Source: the human T2T-CHM13v2.0 reference genome, Homo sapiens. Taken from it: 64,000 nt of DNA. Under the pieces are notes generated by a model. The model had not been told where the DNA came from. It did not search any database and saw nothing but the letters and a program-made list of their open reading frames with translations. Position 1 is the stretch's first letter, and every line of letters starts with the position of its first letter. The stretch lies in the NCBI RefSeq assembly GCF_009914755.1, contig NC_060934.1. One strand, given 5' to 3'. Positions 12,809-30,604 of the stretch are shown here, one piece after another. The translations under genes and the position numbers were made by a program.

Positions 12809-13414
12809 TTTCCCCTCCCCTCTCTCCTCTCCCCTCCCCCTCCCCATCCTCTCCCCCTCCCCCTCCCCTCCCCCTCCCCTCCCCTCCCCCTCCCCTCCCC
12901 CTCCCCTCCCCCTCCCCTCCTCCTCCCCCTCCCCTCTCCTCCTCTCCCCTCTCCTCCTCTCCCCTCCTCTCCCCTCCCCTCCCCCTCTCCCCCTCCTCTC
13001 CCCTCCCCCTCTCCCCTCCCCCTCTCCCCTCCCCCTCTCCCCTCCCCCTGTCCCCCTCCTCTCCCCCTCTCCCCTCCCCCTCTCCTCTCCCCCTCCTCTC
13101 CCCCTCTCCCCCTCCCCCTCTCCCCCTCCCCCTCTCCCCCTCCCCCTCTCCCCCTCCCCTCCCCCTCCCCTCCCCTCCCCCTCCCCTCCCCCTCTCCCCC
13201 TCCCCCTCCCCTCCCCCTCTCCCCCTCCCCCTCCCCTCCCCCTCTCCCCCTCCCCCTCCCCTCCCCCTCTCCCCCTCCCCCTCCCCTTTCCCCCCTCCCT
13301 TCCCCCTCCCTCTCCCCTCTCCCCCCTCCCCCTCCCCCCTCCCCCTCTCTCCCTCCCCCCTCCCCCTCTCCCCCCTCCTCTCCCCCACTCCCCCCTCCTC
13401 TCCCCACTCCCCCC
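12809..13414. repeat. ~600-bp polypyrimidine low-complexity tract, (CCCCT/CCCCCT/CCCCCTCT)n
   Basis: Only 4 purines counted (12846, 13050, 13387, 13406). Confidence 0.98.
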
Positions 13415-13760
13415 AGTTATTACACCTGACCTGACACCTCACCCCCCTCCCCGCTTATTACACCTGACCAGGGACAAAAGTTTTCAGAATCACAGACTCT
13501 CTAGAACCCCACTGTGTGTTAGTTTTATTCTTTGTCTTCAAACTACCCACATTTAAATACAAAGATACCTCATAGAAGTGAGGTAATTGGGGGGTTTCTT
13601 TATGTTATCCGTCTGGTAATTTTTGAGATGCAAGAATCATCACTCCCCCACATTCTAGGTTTCTCTGATGTTACCTGTTTAGTCAAGTCACTTAATGTGG
13701 AGATTGAGCCTCCTCCCCTCTCAGCATTTTAATGGCTGCTTCTGGTGTTTTCTCTCCTAG

Positions 13761-13835
13761 TGCCCCCATCTCTCCCTCTCCAGGAAGTCCATGTAAGCAA
13801 AGAAACCATCGGGAAGATTTCAGCTGCCAGCAAAA
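13761..13835 (+). CDS. VWA2: VWA2 coding exon 2 (VPPSLPLQEVHVSKETIGKISAASK)
   Basis: tctctcctag acceptor, A|gtaag donor, 75 nt, phase 1-1, in frame. Confidence 0.95.
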
Positions 13836-13875
13836 GTAAGCCCAGGTTCTTCTTAACCCTCCAGATGCCCACTCA

Positions 13876-14481
<606 letters not shown>

Positions 14482-15024
14482 TCAGTAAATCTTTATTATT
14501 GAATTACTTGGCCTGTGCCTCAAGGTTTTCTGTTACCTGCTCACCAGGTAACGGGGTGGCTACTTGCCATGTCCATCTCCCACCATATTCCTTCCTCTTC
14601 CACCCTCATCAGTATCCCTCCACATTGCTGCTGTTACTGCTACTGAACTCTTGGGTAACATGGCCTCACATATCAGGGTGCCTGTGTCCACACTAGACTG
14701 TGGTCCCCCGAGGCCTGGGACCAAGCCTTTTCAGTGCTGCTCACTAGCCCAGTAGACCCCCTCATAGAACGTAATTGATATTGTTGAACTAGGTTCTTCC
14801 ATTATTGTAATACAAAGGCTTTCACGTAAGGGCACATTTGTGAGCAGCACACCTGTGGTGCGTGTGCTTCCTGCTTCAGAGGAGGGCTGCTTCTGCAGTT
14901 CTCCCCTTTCATGCTAAGAGGGACAGCAGCCTGGCCCACCACAAGGCTGTTTGTGCCTTCACTCTGCTTCAGAAGTGAGACCGACTTGCTCCTGGTTGTC
15001 ATCTGTCTGTCCCGCTCTCCCTAG

Positions 15025-15158
15025 TGATGTGGTGCTCGGCTGCAGTGGACATCATGTTTCTGTTAGATGGGTCTAACAGCGTCGGGAAAGGGAGCTTTGA
15101 AAGGTCCAAGCACTTTGCCATCACAGTCTGTGACGGTCTGGACATCAGCCCCGAGAGG
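15025..15158 (+). CDS. VWA2: VWA2 coding exon 3, start of VWA1 domain with MIDAS DGSNS
   Basis: ctctccctag acceptor, AGG|gtgagt donor; MMWCSAAVDIMFLLDGSNSVGKGSFERSKHFAITVCDGLDISPER. Confidence 0.97.
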
Positions 15159-15889
15159 GTGAGTGCAAGTCTTGTGGGTGTTTGTGTTAGGGCGTCTTCT
15201 GTGATAAGGGACAGAAACCCGGTCTCAAGCAGAGGAGGCATCTACTCGCTTGTGGAGCTGGGAAGACCAAGGGGCTGAATCCTGGTTCCTGGCATGGTGG
15301 GATCCAAGGGCTGAGTTGAGGCTATAAGGCATCTTTTTCTTTTTTTTTTTTTCCCTTCTCTCAATTTTGTTTTCTTTTGGTTGACTTCCTTCTCAGGCAG
15401 GTTTTCCTGACACAGCCAAGTTGTCCTGCATTGTTCCTCAAGCTAGTGACCCTATTAGAAATTAAGGGGACTTCTTTCTCTAGATCTGGCCAAAGTCCCA
15501 GGAGGGTTCTGATTGGGCAGGCCTAGGTCACATGATAATCCACTGACCAATCACAGTAGTCAGAGGGAAGAGAGTTTCTGGCCGGACCTCAGTTAAGAGC
15601 TCTGCCATGTTTTTGGGGTAGGGAGTAGATTTGACTTTCCTCTGGAAAGAGAGGTTGGGTTGTGTTTGCAGAACAATGGGAAAGGGAAAGCATGCTAAGC
15701 AGACTAAAGCTGTTACTACCTCAGTGGACTGAATAGCACAGCTCCTACCCTCTCTTGCACTTGAGAGGAACTATTCCTGCTTGAGTGAATCCAGCCAGTA
15801 TCTTCATTTCTTGTTCTTCAAATAGTAGGTCTTAAATATAGCAGAGTGTGGTAGCTGTGGCTCTTATTTCTAAAAGGGGCATTTTTTTT

Positions 15890-16730
15890 TTTAACAATCC
15901 AATAGAAAAATGGGCAAGGAACACAGATAGTTCCCAGAAAATGAAACACGCAAGGCCTTCAGGCATATGAAAAGAAGCCCAACCTCACTCACTCAGAGTC
16001 AGCAAACCCTATGCCTAATATACAGTTTTTCACTTACTGGGTTAGCAAAAAAAATCCTAAATTTGGTGACATGCTTCATTGGCAAATCTTGAAAAAAACT
16101 GGTGTTGTCATACACTGCTGGTGGAGTGTGAAATGGTGCAGCCTCTAGGGGAGAATCCAATAGTATTCATCCCAGTTACAAAGGCTTGGACCCTTTAACC
16201 CAGCAATTCTACATCAAGGAATTTATTCTACAGTACACATGCCCATGCAAAATCGTACCCATACAGAGTTATTCATTGCAGCATTATGTGTATAAACTGT
16301 AAAATATTTCAGGCAATCCAGATGTACGCTGAGGGAGGACAGATAAATCCCTTATGATGCATTCGTATATTGAAACGCTAGGCAGCTCCAGAAAGTGAGT
16401 GAGGAAGCTCTCTGATATGGAAAAACACCAGAACAAGTGAAGTGTCAAAGTAAGGTGCAAATGGTGTGTATAATATGTTACTTTCTATGTAAAAGATAAA
16501 GGGGGATGAATGAAAATCTGTCTTTGTTTTCTTGTATCGGTATACAGTTTTCTTATATCTGTATACACTCTGGATGGATTTGTAAGAGGCTGAGGACAGT
16601 GGTTTTCATTAAGGGGGAGGTTGGGAAGTGAGTTGACAGGGCACAAGGCCAGAGGCAGACTCATCAATACAGACTTAAATATTTTCTGGATTTTGAATCA
16701 CGTGAACCTACTCAAAAGTCAACTTAAAAA
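15890..16730 (+). mobile_element. Old L1 (L1ME-type) 3' fragment
   Basis: caatagaaaaatgggcaagg...acccagcaattc...ttcattgcagcatt pattern. Confidence 0.65.
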
Positions 16731-16738
16731 TTAAGAGA

Positions 16739-17139
<401 letters not shown>

Positions 17140-18769
17140 CTAGATTAATCCTAGTTAAAACCTCTAGGATTTAGAAACATACATGGCTTTTAATGAGGGC
17201 CAGATTTTCTGCAGAATGGTGTGTCATTTGGGGAGCTGGAGCACACTTCCTGGACCTTAGACCACCTTGCACCTGAGGACACCATAGCAGGCATCATTTA
17301 ATCTAGGCACAAGCAGCCCAGAAGATTTCTAACCATGATGTTAACCCAGCATAGACCCTAAAAGGGCCAGGCAAGAAGCGCCAGTTCCCCACCATCCTCT
17401 GCACAGGACCCTGCTTTTAAAAGGGTTCCTTATCAGGTGTCATTAGTTACTCATGGAGGAATAACATAAAGAGAAGAAGCATGAAGATTAAACACTGTTG
17501 ACCTTGGCATTGATGTAGTGTGTCCTGAAATGAGTAGCCTGGAGACCCTGGGGTTGGCTAGTTGGGAATGAAGGGTCCTATGGATTATTAATGCATGTTT
17601 CACAGATGAGGGAACAGGCTCAGAGAGGCTAAGTGACTGCCGAGGGTCACACAGCAACCTCAGGAGAGAGTTAAGTGTGGAAGAACTGGGGCTTTTGACT
17701 CAGCCCAGGACTTGCTCCATTAGGCCATTTGTCTTGACCCTCAGAATTCACACCCTGCTATCACACAGCAAATGGCCAGCAGTGTGGCAGTGTATGTGCG
17801 TGTGAGGAGGGAGTGGTGTAAGAAAACCGTGACAAGAAATTTCCTGGCTGATGCTATTGGGAGCAGATCCCAGAGTTCAGGGAATTTAACCTGAGCATTG
17901 CTGGACCACATCTAGAAAGTGTCATTGAGTTCTAGGGGCTGACTTCTTGGTTAGACTTGGGCCAAACAGTCAGTGCCCATGAGAAGGAGCCAGGACAGCC
18001 AGAGGCCTGGAAACCTCTATGAATGAGGGAACACGATTATCATTTTCATGTGAAAGAGAGCAGACAATGGCTCTGTTTTTTAAGGGTAGAATCTGGGTGT
18101 TCAGGGAGTTAGATTTGGGCTTAACCTGAGGAAAGCTTTCTTGCAGCAAGACTTGGGAAGCAGAGGAATTGTTTACTTGGGTAAGTGAATTAGTGTCTTG
18201 ACCTCCAAGGTCAGGTGGACCCCTTGGCATGCTGCAGAAGGGTTTGCATGAGGGCAATTTAAGATGGTTTATTCTGACTTGTGGCTTCAGGCTTTATGTT
18301 TTTGCTGCTGCATTTTTTTGTATTCTCTTTTTGTTGTCTCCATGTACAAGGCATTTCATTCGTGCCATGTTTTACTTTTTTTAACTTTAGTTTTCAAGAA
18401 GAAATGTCAAGTAGCTGTAAATTAAGACTTTTATGGATGCTCTGTTGTTAAGGTGGATTTAAGGTGTTTGAAGTCTTCCTCTTAACACTTAAAAGCTGAG
18501 AGGTTCACTTCCTGGCTCTAATGTAGTGACTGGGGCAGAGTGATTATGGCTGGTAAGATAGCTGGGCGGGCCTGTTTCTGAGCGTACAGTAAACTGAAGA
18601 TAAAAGGCAACTATTTTGTTCCCAAACCACCAATTAAACAAAATGCTTTAACTACTGACTTAAGCTGCTTCCTTCTTGTTTTGAAGTTCTGTTTCTTCCT
18701 GTTTAACTCAAGTAAATACACCCAGCTGTTGGTCTCAGGGGAGGTTATTTTTTCAACTAAGTAATTCAT

Positions 18770-19850
18770 TCACATGGGTTCAATAAAAAGATGTACAGTG
18801 AAAAGTCTCCCTTTCACCCACACATTTTCCATTTGCCCTGTCCCTCAACTTGTGTTCTTGAGTCCCTTCCGGAATCACTTTGTGCAAATACAGGCAATAT
18901 GAATAAATATTCTTCTTTCTCTCTTATTACACAAAGCGTAGCCTACCGTACACATTATTCTCTCATGCCTTTTTCCTCCTCACATTTTCATGGAAATCTT
19001 TGCGTATCTGTATACAGGTATAATTTTTTTACAGGTCATTAAAATGTTTCATCATAAGGATTTCTCCAGGTCTAATTAACCCCTATTGATGGATATTTGC
19101 TGTTACAAATAAACTGTGATCTCGTAAATAACATCATTTCACACATACGAGTAGGATACATTTCCAGTAGCCCTATGCATTTGTTTAAATTTTATTATTT
19201 TTAATTTTCAATAAATATTAAAAAATTGCCTTCCATGGATGTTGTACCAATTTACATTTCTACAAGCAATGTTTGAGAATGCTTGTTTCACCCCGAAAAC
19301 ATTGTATATGTTTTTTTGCTAAATGGATGGGGAAAAATGCTATTTCATTATGGTGAGGCCAGGTGTCTTTCCATCAAAGAGTTACTTGTATTTCCTGTTC
19401 TGTGATCTCTGTTCAAATCCTTTGCCCATTTTCTGTTGGATTGTTGGTCTTTTATATGTTGATTCCCAGACACCTTTTTATATATTGAGGAGGCTAACCC
19501 TTTAACATGAATTGCACATAATTTTTCCATTTTGTCTTTATTTTTTTATGCCATTAAGGTATGTTTCGTCCCACAGAAGTTGTTTTTTTTTTTTCATGTG
19601 GTCACATTTATCAATCTTTCCTTTATGGCTTCTGGATTCTAAGTAATAGAAAGTAAGGTCTTTTTACACGTTGAAATTTTAGAAATTCTCCTGAGTTTTT
19701 CTAGAACTTTCATATTTAGATTTTTCACACTAAAATCTTGAATTCATTTGCAGTTTATCCTTTATTTTTGGTAGATTGCTCTCCAGTTGTCCCAATATCA
19801 TTGACTGACTAGATCATCTTTTCTCCCTGGTTTGAGATGCCCCTTTTTAA
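18770..19850 (-). mobile_element. Old L1 (L1ME-type) fragment
   Basis: T-rich; gttgtaccaatttacatt...cctttgcccattttctgttgga...ccagttgtccca pattern. Confidence 0.6.
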
Positions 19851-21295
19851 TCACACACTAAATTCAAGGAAAACCCAGGAAGCGCTCCTTCCCAGAAGCT
19901 TCTTCCTGAGATCACCTACTGGTCCGTCTTCCTGTGTCCGTCTCCCCAATGTGTCCACTGAAGACTGAGATTTCTTTCTGCTTAAGGTGCCCAACAGCTC
20001 CTCCCCAGAGCATCCTGCCTGCAAAAAGGAACCCCACCCAGCTGATCCGGAGCAGATGCAGCCCGCCTGGTGTGGCAGGGCGTTTCCATCATCTCCCACG
20101 TCCCACGCCTGTCGAGGGAACGGCAGCGAGGGAATTCAAGTGGGGAGCAGAGGGCAGCATCATTGCTTAAATATGACTCACTTGGCCCATTTGCACTCTT
20201 GGCCAGAACTAGGGTTAGTTTTGAGAATAGTTACAGAGAATGCTGTTTCTCCAGGGGTTTTGGAGAACCAATGATTAGGTGCAGGCCTTGGGCCCTCGGG
20301 AGGAAAGCTGAATGTTTGTAGTCTTCTCTGCTCAAGACACGCTAGTGCCTTAAGGATCCAGAGAGCAACTTTACTCAGTTTCCTTTCTCCAGTTTTGCAA
20401 GGTATTGGATCTCCTATGGCCTCCTCAGTTAGGACACAAAATCTATGTGGATTCACCAGTGTTCTCCTTAATTACAGAAGAACTTCAGCCCCCATACTAG
20501 TCGTTTCAGTTGTAGATGCTGATTGTCCCCCAAATCTGACTGTGGTCTAGAGACCTGGCCTTTCCTCTAGCTTGGCAGGGGCAGGTCTGGCGGGGCTGAC
20601 CACCCAATGAAGGACCGGGTTGTGGGGTGGCTGTGGTTAGTGATGAGTTATCAGTGATGGTGGCTATGGTTAGCTTCTGCGGCAGCCCCAGTTGGGTCAG
20701 TAAGTGTTTCGCTGCTGGCTTGTGTGGGCTGCTGAGAAGGCAGGAGGTATAACTGGGCCTTAGGGAAGACCACAGGCACAAAGTCCAATGGCCTGGCTGC
20801 CTTTCTTACTAGTCCTGGGCAAGTAAGCATTTGCCTTGGGCCAGAGGTATATATTCTCCATATTGGGGTTTCTCCAACCATAATGTGGGTGTTAATAGTG
20901 CCTCTGTGGATTAAATGAGATAGTGCCTGAAACTGCTCAAGACAGCACTGGCAGCTAGGAGGCAGTTGGTAAAAGTGAGCAGAGACCCAGCCCTAAAGAT
21001 GCACAAGCTCAGCTGAGAACACTGCCAGAATGTTCAGCTGCCTAGCAGTAGGTAAGTCAAGAAGATTGAATTGGGGGTCATCAGTGCAGAACACAAACAG
21101 ATTTGGCTGTTTTTTTCCAGGTTCTCCAAATTGGTCTTTGGAACCTCCTTCTAGGGAGACTGGAGAAAGCTCTGGCACTGGTGTTTGTTGAGTGGATGGG
21201 AGGCAGGGTTGTTAACTTTTCTTGCCCCTTCTTTCCTCTTAGGAATGTTTTTGACTCCAGTCTCGGGGCCCTGAGCCCCCTGTCTCCTACTGCAG

Positions 21296-21405
21296 GTCAG
21301 AGTGGGAGCATTCCAGTTCAGTTCCACTCCTCATCTGGAATTCCCCTTGGATTCATTTTCAACCCAACAGGAAGTGAAGGCAAGAATCAAGAGGATGGTT
21401 TTCAA
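21296..21405 (+). CDS. VWA2: VWA2 coding exon 4 (VRVGAFQFSSTPHLEFPLDSFSTQQEVKARIKRMVF)
   Basis: cctactgcag acceptor, AA|gtatgt donor, 110 nt, phase 0 to 2; typical VWA strand B sequence; this reading is not shown in the ORF track. Confidence 0.95.
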
Positions 21406-21889
21406 GTATGTATGATCAGATACTGCTGTGGTTAGGGTGACGCCAACTGCTCTTAAAATTGCTCCCTTGAAGGGTTTGGTCCTGCTCTGGGCTCACAGAG
21501 AGGACTGTGGGCTGCTTTCAGGAGTCCAGCTGGGCACAGTTGGTCACATGAATTCCATTCTCAAGGCTGCCCCTCCTTATTGCATGATAATGTCCCAGGT
21601 AGGAATTTAAATGCAAGTAAAAAAATTGCTGCTGTGATGTACAGTTGTCAGTTACCTGGGAGAAAGTGCTATTGAAGGTCACGAATGGGGTTAAGAGCCT
21701 GGAGGAATAGGAGGAACACTGAGTCTTAATCCCATTTCTGTCCCTTGTGACCACTGCAGCTTGGACAGTTCACCACACTTCTCTGAGCCTCATTTTTGTG
21801 GTCTAAAAAGAGTAAGTGCCCCCCTGTTATTAAGAGTGCTTTAAAAATTATGAATATCTGGTTATGTGCTTATACATATACACACCTTA

Positions 21890-22290
21890 TGTGTTAGTCT
21901 GTTCTTGCATTGCTATAAAGAAATACCTGAGGCTGGGTAAATTATGAAGAAAACTTTTATTGGCTCATGGTTGCGCAGGCTGTACAGGAAGCATAATGCC
22001 AACATCTGCTCCTGGTAAGGGCCTCAGGAAGCTTCCAATCATGGCGGAAGGCAAAGGTGGGGGGGCAGGTGCATCACATGGCGAGAGCAGGAGCAAGAGA
22101 GAGGAGGAGGTGACACACATTTTAAAACAACCAGATCTTATGTGAACTCACTCATCGCCAATGGATGGTGCTACGCCATTCAGGAGGGATCCGCCCCCAT
22201 GATCTAGACAACTTGTACTAGGCCCCACCTCCAACACTGGATTACAGTTCAACATGAGATTTGGAGGGGACAAACCTCCAAACAATATCG
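21890..22290. mobile_element. MaLR solo LTR (MSTA/MSTB-like)
   Basis: tgtgttagtctgttcttgcattgctataaagaaatacctgaggctgggtaa...caacatgagatttggaggggacaaac. Confidence 0.85.
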
Positions 22291-22329
22291 CCCTCTAAAT
22301 ATATATATAGTCATATGTTTACTTACATT

Positions 22330-22521
22330 ATAAGTTAGCTGATGTGTACATCTGAATATGATATGTGTGTTTATGCTCATATGTTTTTATACACTTATAT
22401 TTTGTGTATATTTTATATATTATATATACATATAATATATATGAATGTGATATGTAAATATATGCATATATACATATGCACATATTGACACATACATGTA
22501 TATACATACACACATATATAT
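22330..22521. repeat. AT-rich (TA/TG/CA) low-complexity tract
   Basis: Direct reading. Confidence 0.8.
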
Positions 22522-23060
22522 AATGTTCTTCACAAGCCCTCATAGAATAATGACTTGATTTGCCCCTTGCCACTCTGGTCTGTGGATCCACTCTGGGCTC
22601 CTGCTGCCCCTTGTACTAGTGTCCACTGAAGTCCTCTGAAGTCCATGGTCACAGCCATTTATGGCTGTCTCCTCCCATTGCAAAGGCTCTGAGCTCTGAG
22701 GGCCTTTTTCCAGTTGCAAGCCTCTGTAGGTCTACCAGTGCTCTCAAGAAGCCTGAGGCCCCACAATGGGCACAGCAGGGACTCTGGGAGCCCTGCAGGC
22801 CTCAAGAATGTCCTAGTAACCCTCACTGACTTTTATCTTAGACTCTCTATCCCAGCCCTTTCCTCTGCCGTCGAACAGATCAAGCGGCAAGTCATCATGC
22901 AAGAAAGTACAAAAGGAAAGAGCTCATTAATATGTGTTTATAAAATACAGTAGTGCACATCGGCCTTTTCTTCTTCCCCTGGAGCCTTGTGCCCTTGGGG
23001 CCTCCGAGAATTGGCTTCTTACAGAGAACAGTCTCAGCCTTGCTCCGTATCTTTGACTAA

Positions 23061-23747
<687 letters not shown>

Positions 23748-23959
23748 GAATCTGCACTTTTAAAAGGCGTCTCCCCACCCTCCCCTGTGACTGTTACACA
23801 CGCTAACTTTTTAAAAACAGCTTTATGGAGATATATTTTATATGCCATAAAGTTAACACATTTAATGTGTACAATTCAATAGTTTTGAATATATTTACAG
23901 AGTTAAGCAACTTTTACCCTATTCTAATTTTTGAACATTTTTATCACCTCACAAAGAAA

Positions 23960-25393
<1,434 letters not shown>

Positions 25394-26126
25394 ATTTACC
25401 CATTATATGCAGTATGCATTTTCGGAGGAAAAGGCTGTTGGTTTAAGTTTAGGGCTAAAAGTCAAAGACCATTTGAGTGACTTTGACTCAAAGAATTCAC
25501 CTCTGCTCTTGTCTGAAAAACTAATCAAATCTCAAAGAATTGGTACAAAAAGGAGCAAGGAGCATTAGAGATCATCTGGTATGTTTTCCCTCCCTTATTT
25601 TACAGAGGAGGATATTGAGGCTAAGAAGAAACAGGGGCCCTGGCCAGGATCAGTGGGTTACACTGCCAATCCAATAGGCCCCACCCAGCTGTCCTTTCCC
25701 ACCTCTCACCACGCTCCCTCTCCCACACCCCCTAGATGATTAGTTGAGCTGCTTTTCAGCTGTGTTGAGGTCATAACTAAGGGCTTGAGAGCATTATTTA
25801 TGACATATGAAATGGAGAGACACACTAAGATTGAGGACATTGAGGGTGGAGAATGAAGACTTCTTATGTGTCTGAACAAGGTCTGCTCTTCTGGGGCTGT
25901 GTATGATTAGCACTTATGTTTCCTAGGACAACTGTAAGTGACAACAAACAAGGAAAGGAGGCACTGATTTTTGGCCCCAGTTGTGGGGTCACTGAGGACA
26001 CTAAAAATGAAGACAGGCTGTTATGAATCAGAATGGAGGAACATGGGCCAAATGGGAGTGATGACCTCCCCGGAGCACTTTGTTCTTTTTCTACAGTGAA
26101 GTTTTCTTTTTAAATTTTCAACTTTT

Positions 26127-26553
<427 letters not shown>

Positions 26554-27218
26554 TTAGATGCTTGACTGATTAGGACAGCTCAACTCAAACCCAGGACACT
26601 TGCCTTTCCAGACCGAGGCAGTCCCCCAAAAGTATGTTTTGAGGTAGTGAAGAAACCACTCTGACAACCACCTTATTGCTACCTTGCAAGAAGTTTAAAA
26701 AACATTGCAGTCAAACCTTCCAACATTGCACCCCACGATGACATAAAATCAAGATAAGACCTGGCTGGTGATTGGTTCCTGAATGCACAGAGCTCCTGGC
26801 CTGCTGGCTGCCCGGGCTTGCTCATTTCATTAATCTCATAGTAACACAACCCTGTGTTTACTGTGACTGAATTTTTTGGACTCCCTCCATAGCTTTGTCT
26901 CCACTTTACCTTGGCAGAAAACGGTTGATAGCCTTCCCCGGCCCCTTTCAAACCACATTAACGTTTAAATATGGCTTTTGGGTTAGAATTACAAAGCATT
27001 TTGTCCTTTTTTTTCCCCCTTAATATTATTTGGTATGTGCTTTTACATAAAGCTGTATTATTTTTCATGTTGATTGTTTTTAATGATTATTTAATAATCC
27101 AAGTTCAGGTATCACAATATATTTAATTATTCTCCTAAAAGGTAACATTTGATTCCAGAATTTTTGTCTATTGCTGGAAAAAAAAGCTGTAATCAACATC
27201 CCTGTACCTACAGTGGGT

Positions 27219-27871
<653 letters not shown>

Positions 27872-28498
27872 TAGTCCGTTTCATGGCCTGCTGACATCAG
27901 AATGACCTGCAGGAAGGTGAGGGAGGAGGGGAGGGAGTGCTGGTTTGAAATCTAGATTTTCAGGCCAGGTTACAGACCCACCAATTTGGACTGTCAGGGA
28001 ATAGGACCTGAAAATCTACATCATTAAGTCTCCTGAGAGATTTTTATGAACACTAGAATTTGAGACTAGACTCAAAAGATAAACTTCTTACAGTAGGCTG
28101 CTGTGGGTTCATTTTGGTAACAGCCACCCACTAGGTCCTCAGAGGTGCTAGACCCAGTATTTCATCCTCTAACAATACTATTTCTTTCCCCTTTTAACAT
28201 GGAAGGAAACTGGGACTCAGGTCAAGTAACTTTTCCAAGTTTACCTGCTAAGATATTTCAGAACTAATATTTGAGCCCCTCCACCTCTGGAACTCATGTT
28301 CTTAATTACCTGTCTGCACTGATAGCAAAATGTTTTGATTCTAGCCCTCCCACCCCCCACCCCCAAAAGTTCATACATGGCAGTCATAACCCCCAAGACA
28401 GTAGCTGATCTGTGAACCTTCAACTTGCAACCTAGTTTAGTTCAATTTGAGAGAAATTAGAAAAATTCTGGTGAGACTCTGGCCTCAGAGCCCCCTGT

Positions 28499-28724
28499 CT
28501 GGGTTCAAGTCCTGCCTTCGCCACTCATGAGTGGCATAACCTTAGTTTAGACCCTTCTCTGGACTCTCCTATTCCAGAGAGCTGTGGTGAGAATTATATG
28601 GGCATATGCTAAGCATATATAGGTAAACATAGGTTGAGCACAGCGCCTGGCACACGCTAAGTGCCCAGGAAATATTAGCAGTTACTGTCACTATTCTCTG
28701 AGTGGGGTTTCCTCGTTTGTTAAA
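28499..28724 (+). repeat. MIR-derived ~225-bp segment, copy 1 of a local duplication
   Basis: Near-identical to 30382-30604. Confidence 0.9.
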
Positions 28725-28742
28725 CGTAGAAATAGACCCTGA

Positions 28743-29122
<380 letters not shown>

Positions 29123-29396
29123 AAGCGGAGGGATTTCTTCTCACTTCTCAGAGGTCAAGCCATGGGGAATCTCACCTTACCTTGGTCGCAAGCCAGCAGA
29201 CAGTTTTCTTGTGGTAACCCTTAACAGGGTGCTGAGGTAGAGAGGGTGACAGCATTGGTATCACTGTGCTGAGCAACGTGAAGGGTAAGTACCGTCAGGC
29301 CTGTGCAGTGGGCAGCCTGGGCTCTCATGTCCCTGAAACTTAATTTCTCTGTAACCACAGGCTGATGGTTGTGAAGAGAGAGGCCCAGACCCATTA

Positions 29397-29840
<444 letters not shown>

Positions 29841-30080
29841 TCACTCCTGAAGCTGTGAGCCTGTAGGAGTGATAATGATCAGATGGACCACAAGGGAGGG
29901 GAGGCTTTGGGGAAAGAAGGCAAGGACTGGTTTAGAACCTCAGGATCCAAGAACATAGCCAGGAGGCCATAGGGCTCACTGGCCAGTGGGTAGAGGAGCA
30001 GGTTGCTTCAAAGCCACCGAAGCACCTTGGCTTTGGATGAGAAGAAAGTCTTGTGAGCATTTAAGCAGGACAGTTTAGAA

Positions 30081-30237
30081 CAGGAGTTGGCAAACTTTTT
30101 CAGTAAAAGTTGTATAGTACATAATTTTAATTTTCAGGCCAGTGGTCTCTGTGTAGACAGTACCTAAATCAGTGAGTGTGGCTGTTTTCCAATAAAACTT
30201 TACAAAAATGGGCAGCAGGCCAGATTAAGCTGAGCCC
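30081..30237. mobile_element. hAT-Charlie DNA transposon remnant (MER58-like)
   Basis: caggagttggcaaactttt...gagtgtggctgttttccaataaaacttt. Confidence 0.6.
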
Positions 30238-30381
30238 TGGAGAGGAAAGAGTATTGGCTTCAAATTCAGCCAGACTGGGCTTAAACTCCAGTTCCGACCT
30301 CCACTAGCCAGATGAGAGTCAGGTGCCTTCACAACTATGTAACTATCTGTTTAAGAACTTGGGCTTTGGAAGTGGAGGGCC

Positions 30382-30604
30382 CTGGGTTCAAGTCCTGCCT
30401 TCACCACTCATGAGCGGCATAACCTTAGTTTGGCCCCTTTTCTGGACTCCTCTATTCCAGAGAGCTGTGGCGAGAATTATATGATAATATGCTAAGCATA
30501 TATAGCTAAACATGGGTTGAGCACAGCGTCTGGCACATGCTAAATGCCCAGGAAATATTACCAGTTATCACTATTCTCTGAGTGGGGTTTCCTCATTTGT
30601 CAAA
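30382..30604 (+). repeat. MIR-derived ~225-bp segment, copy 2 (MIR nested in MIR)
   Basis: Near-identical to 28499-28724. Confidence 0.9.

Noticed and set aside
12809-13414. SVA element suggested by CCCTCT-like hexamers
   Set aside because: No Alu-like, VNTR or SINE-R region follows the tract
12531-13556. Long Pro/Ser/Leu-rich and Gly/Arg/Glu-rich ORFs (341, 262, 227, 206 aa)
   Set aside because: Artefacts of a C/T-only tract that cannot contain stop codons; no gene structure
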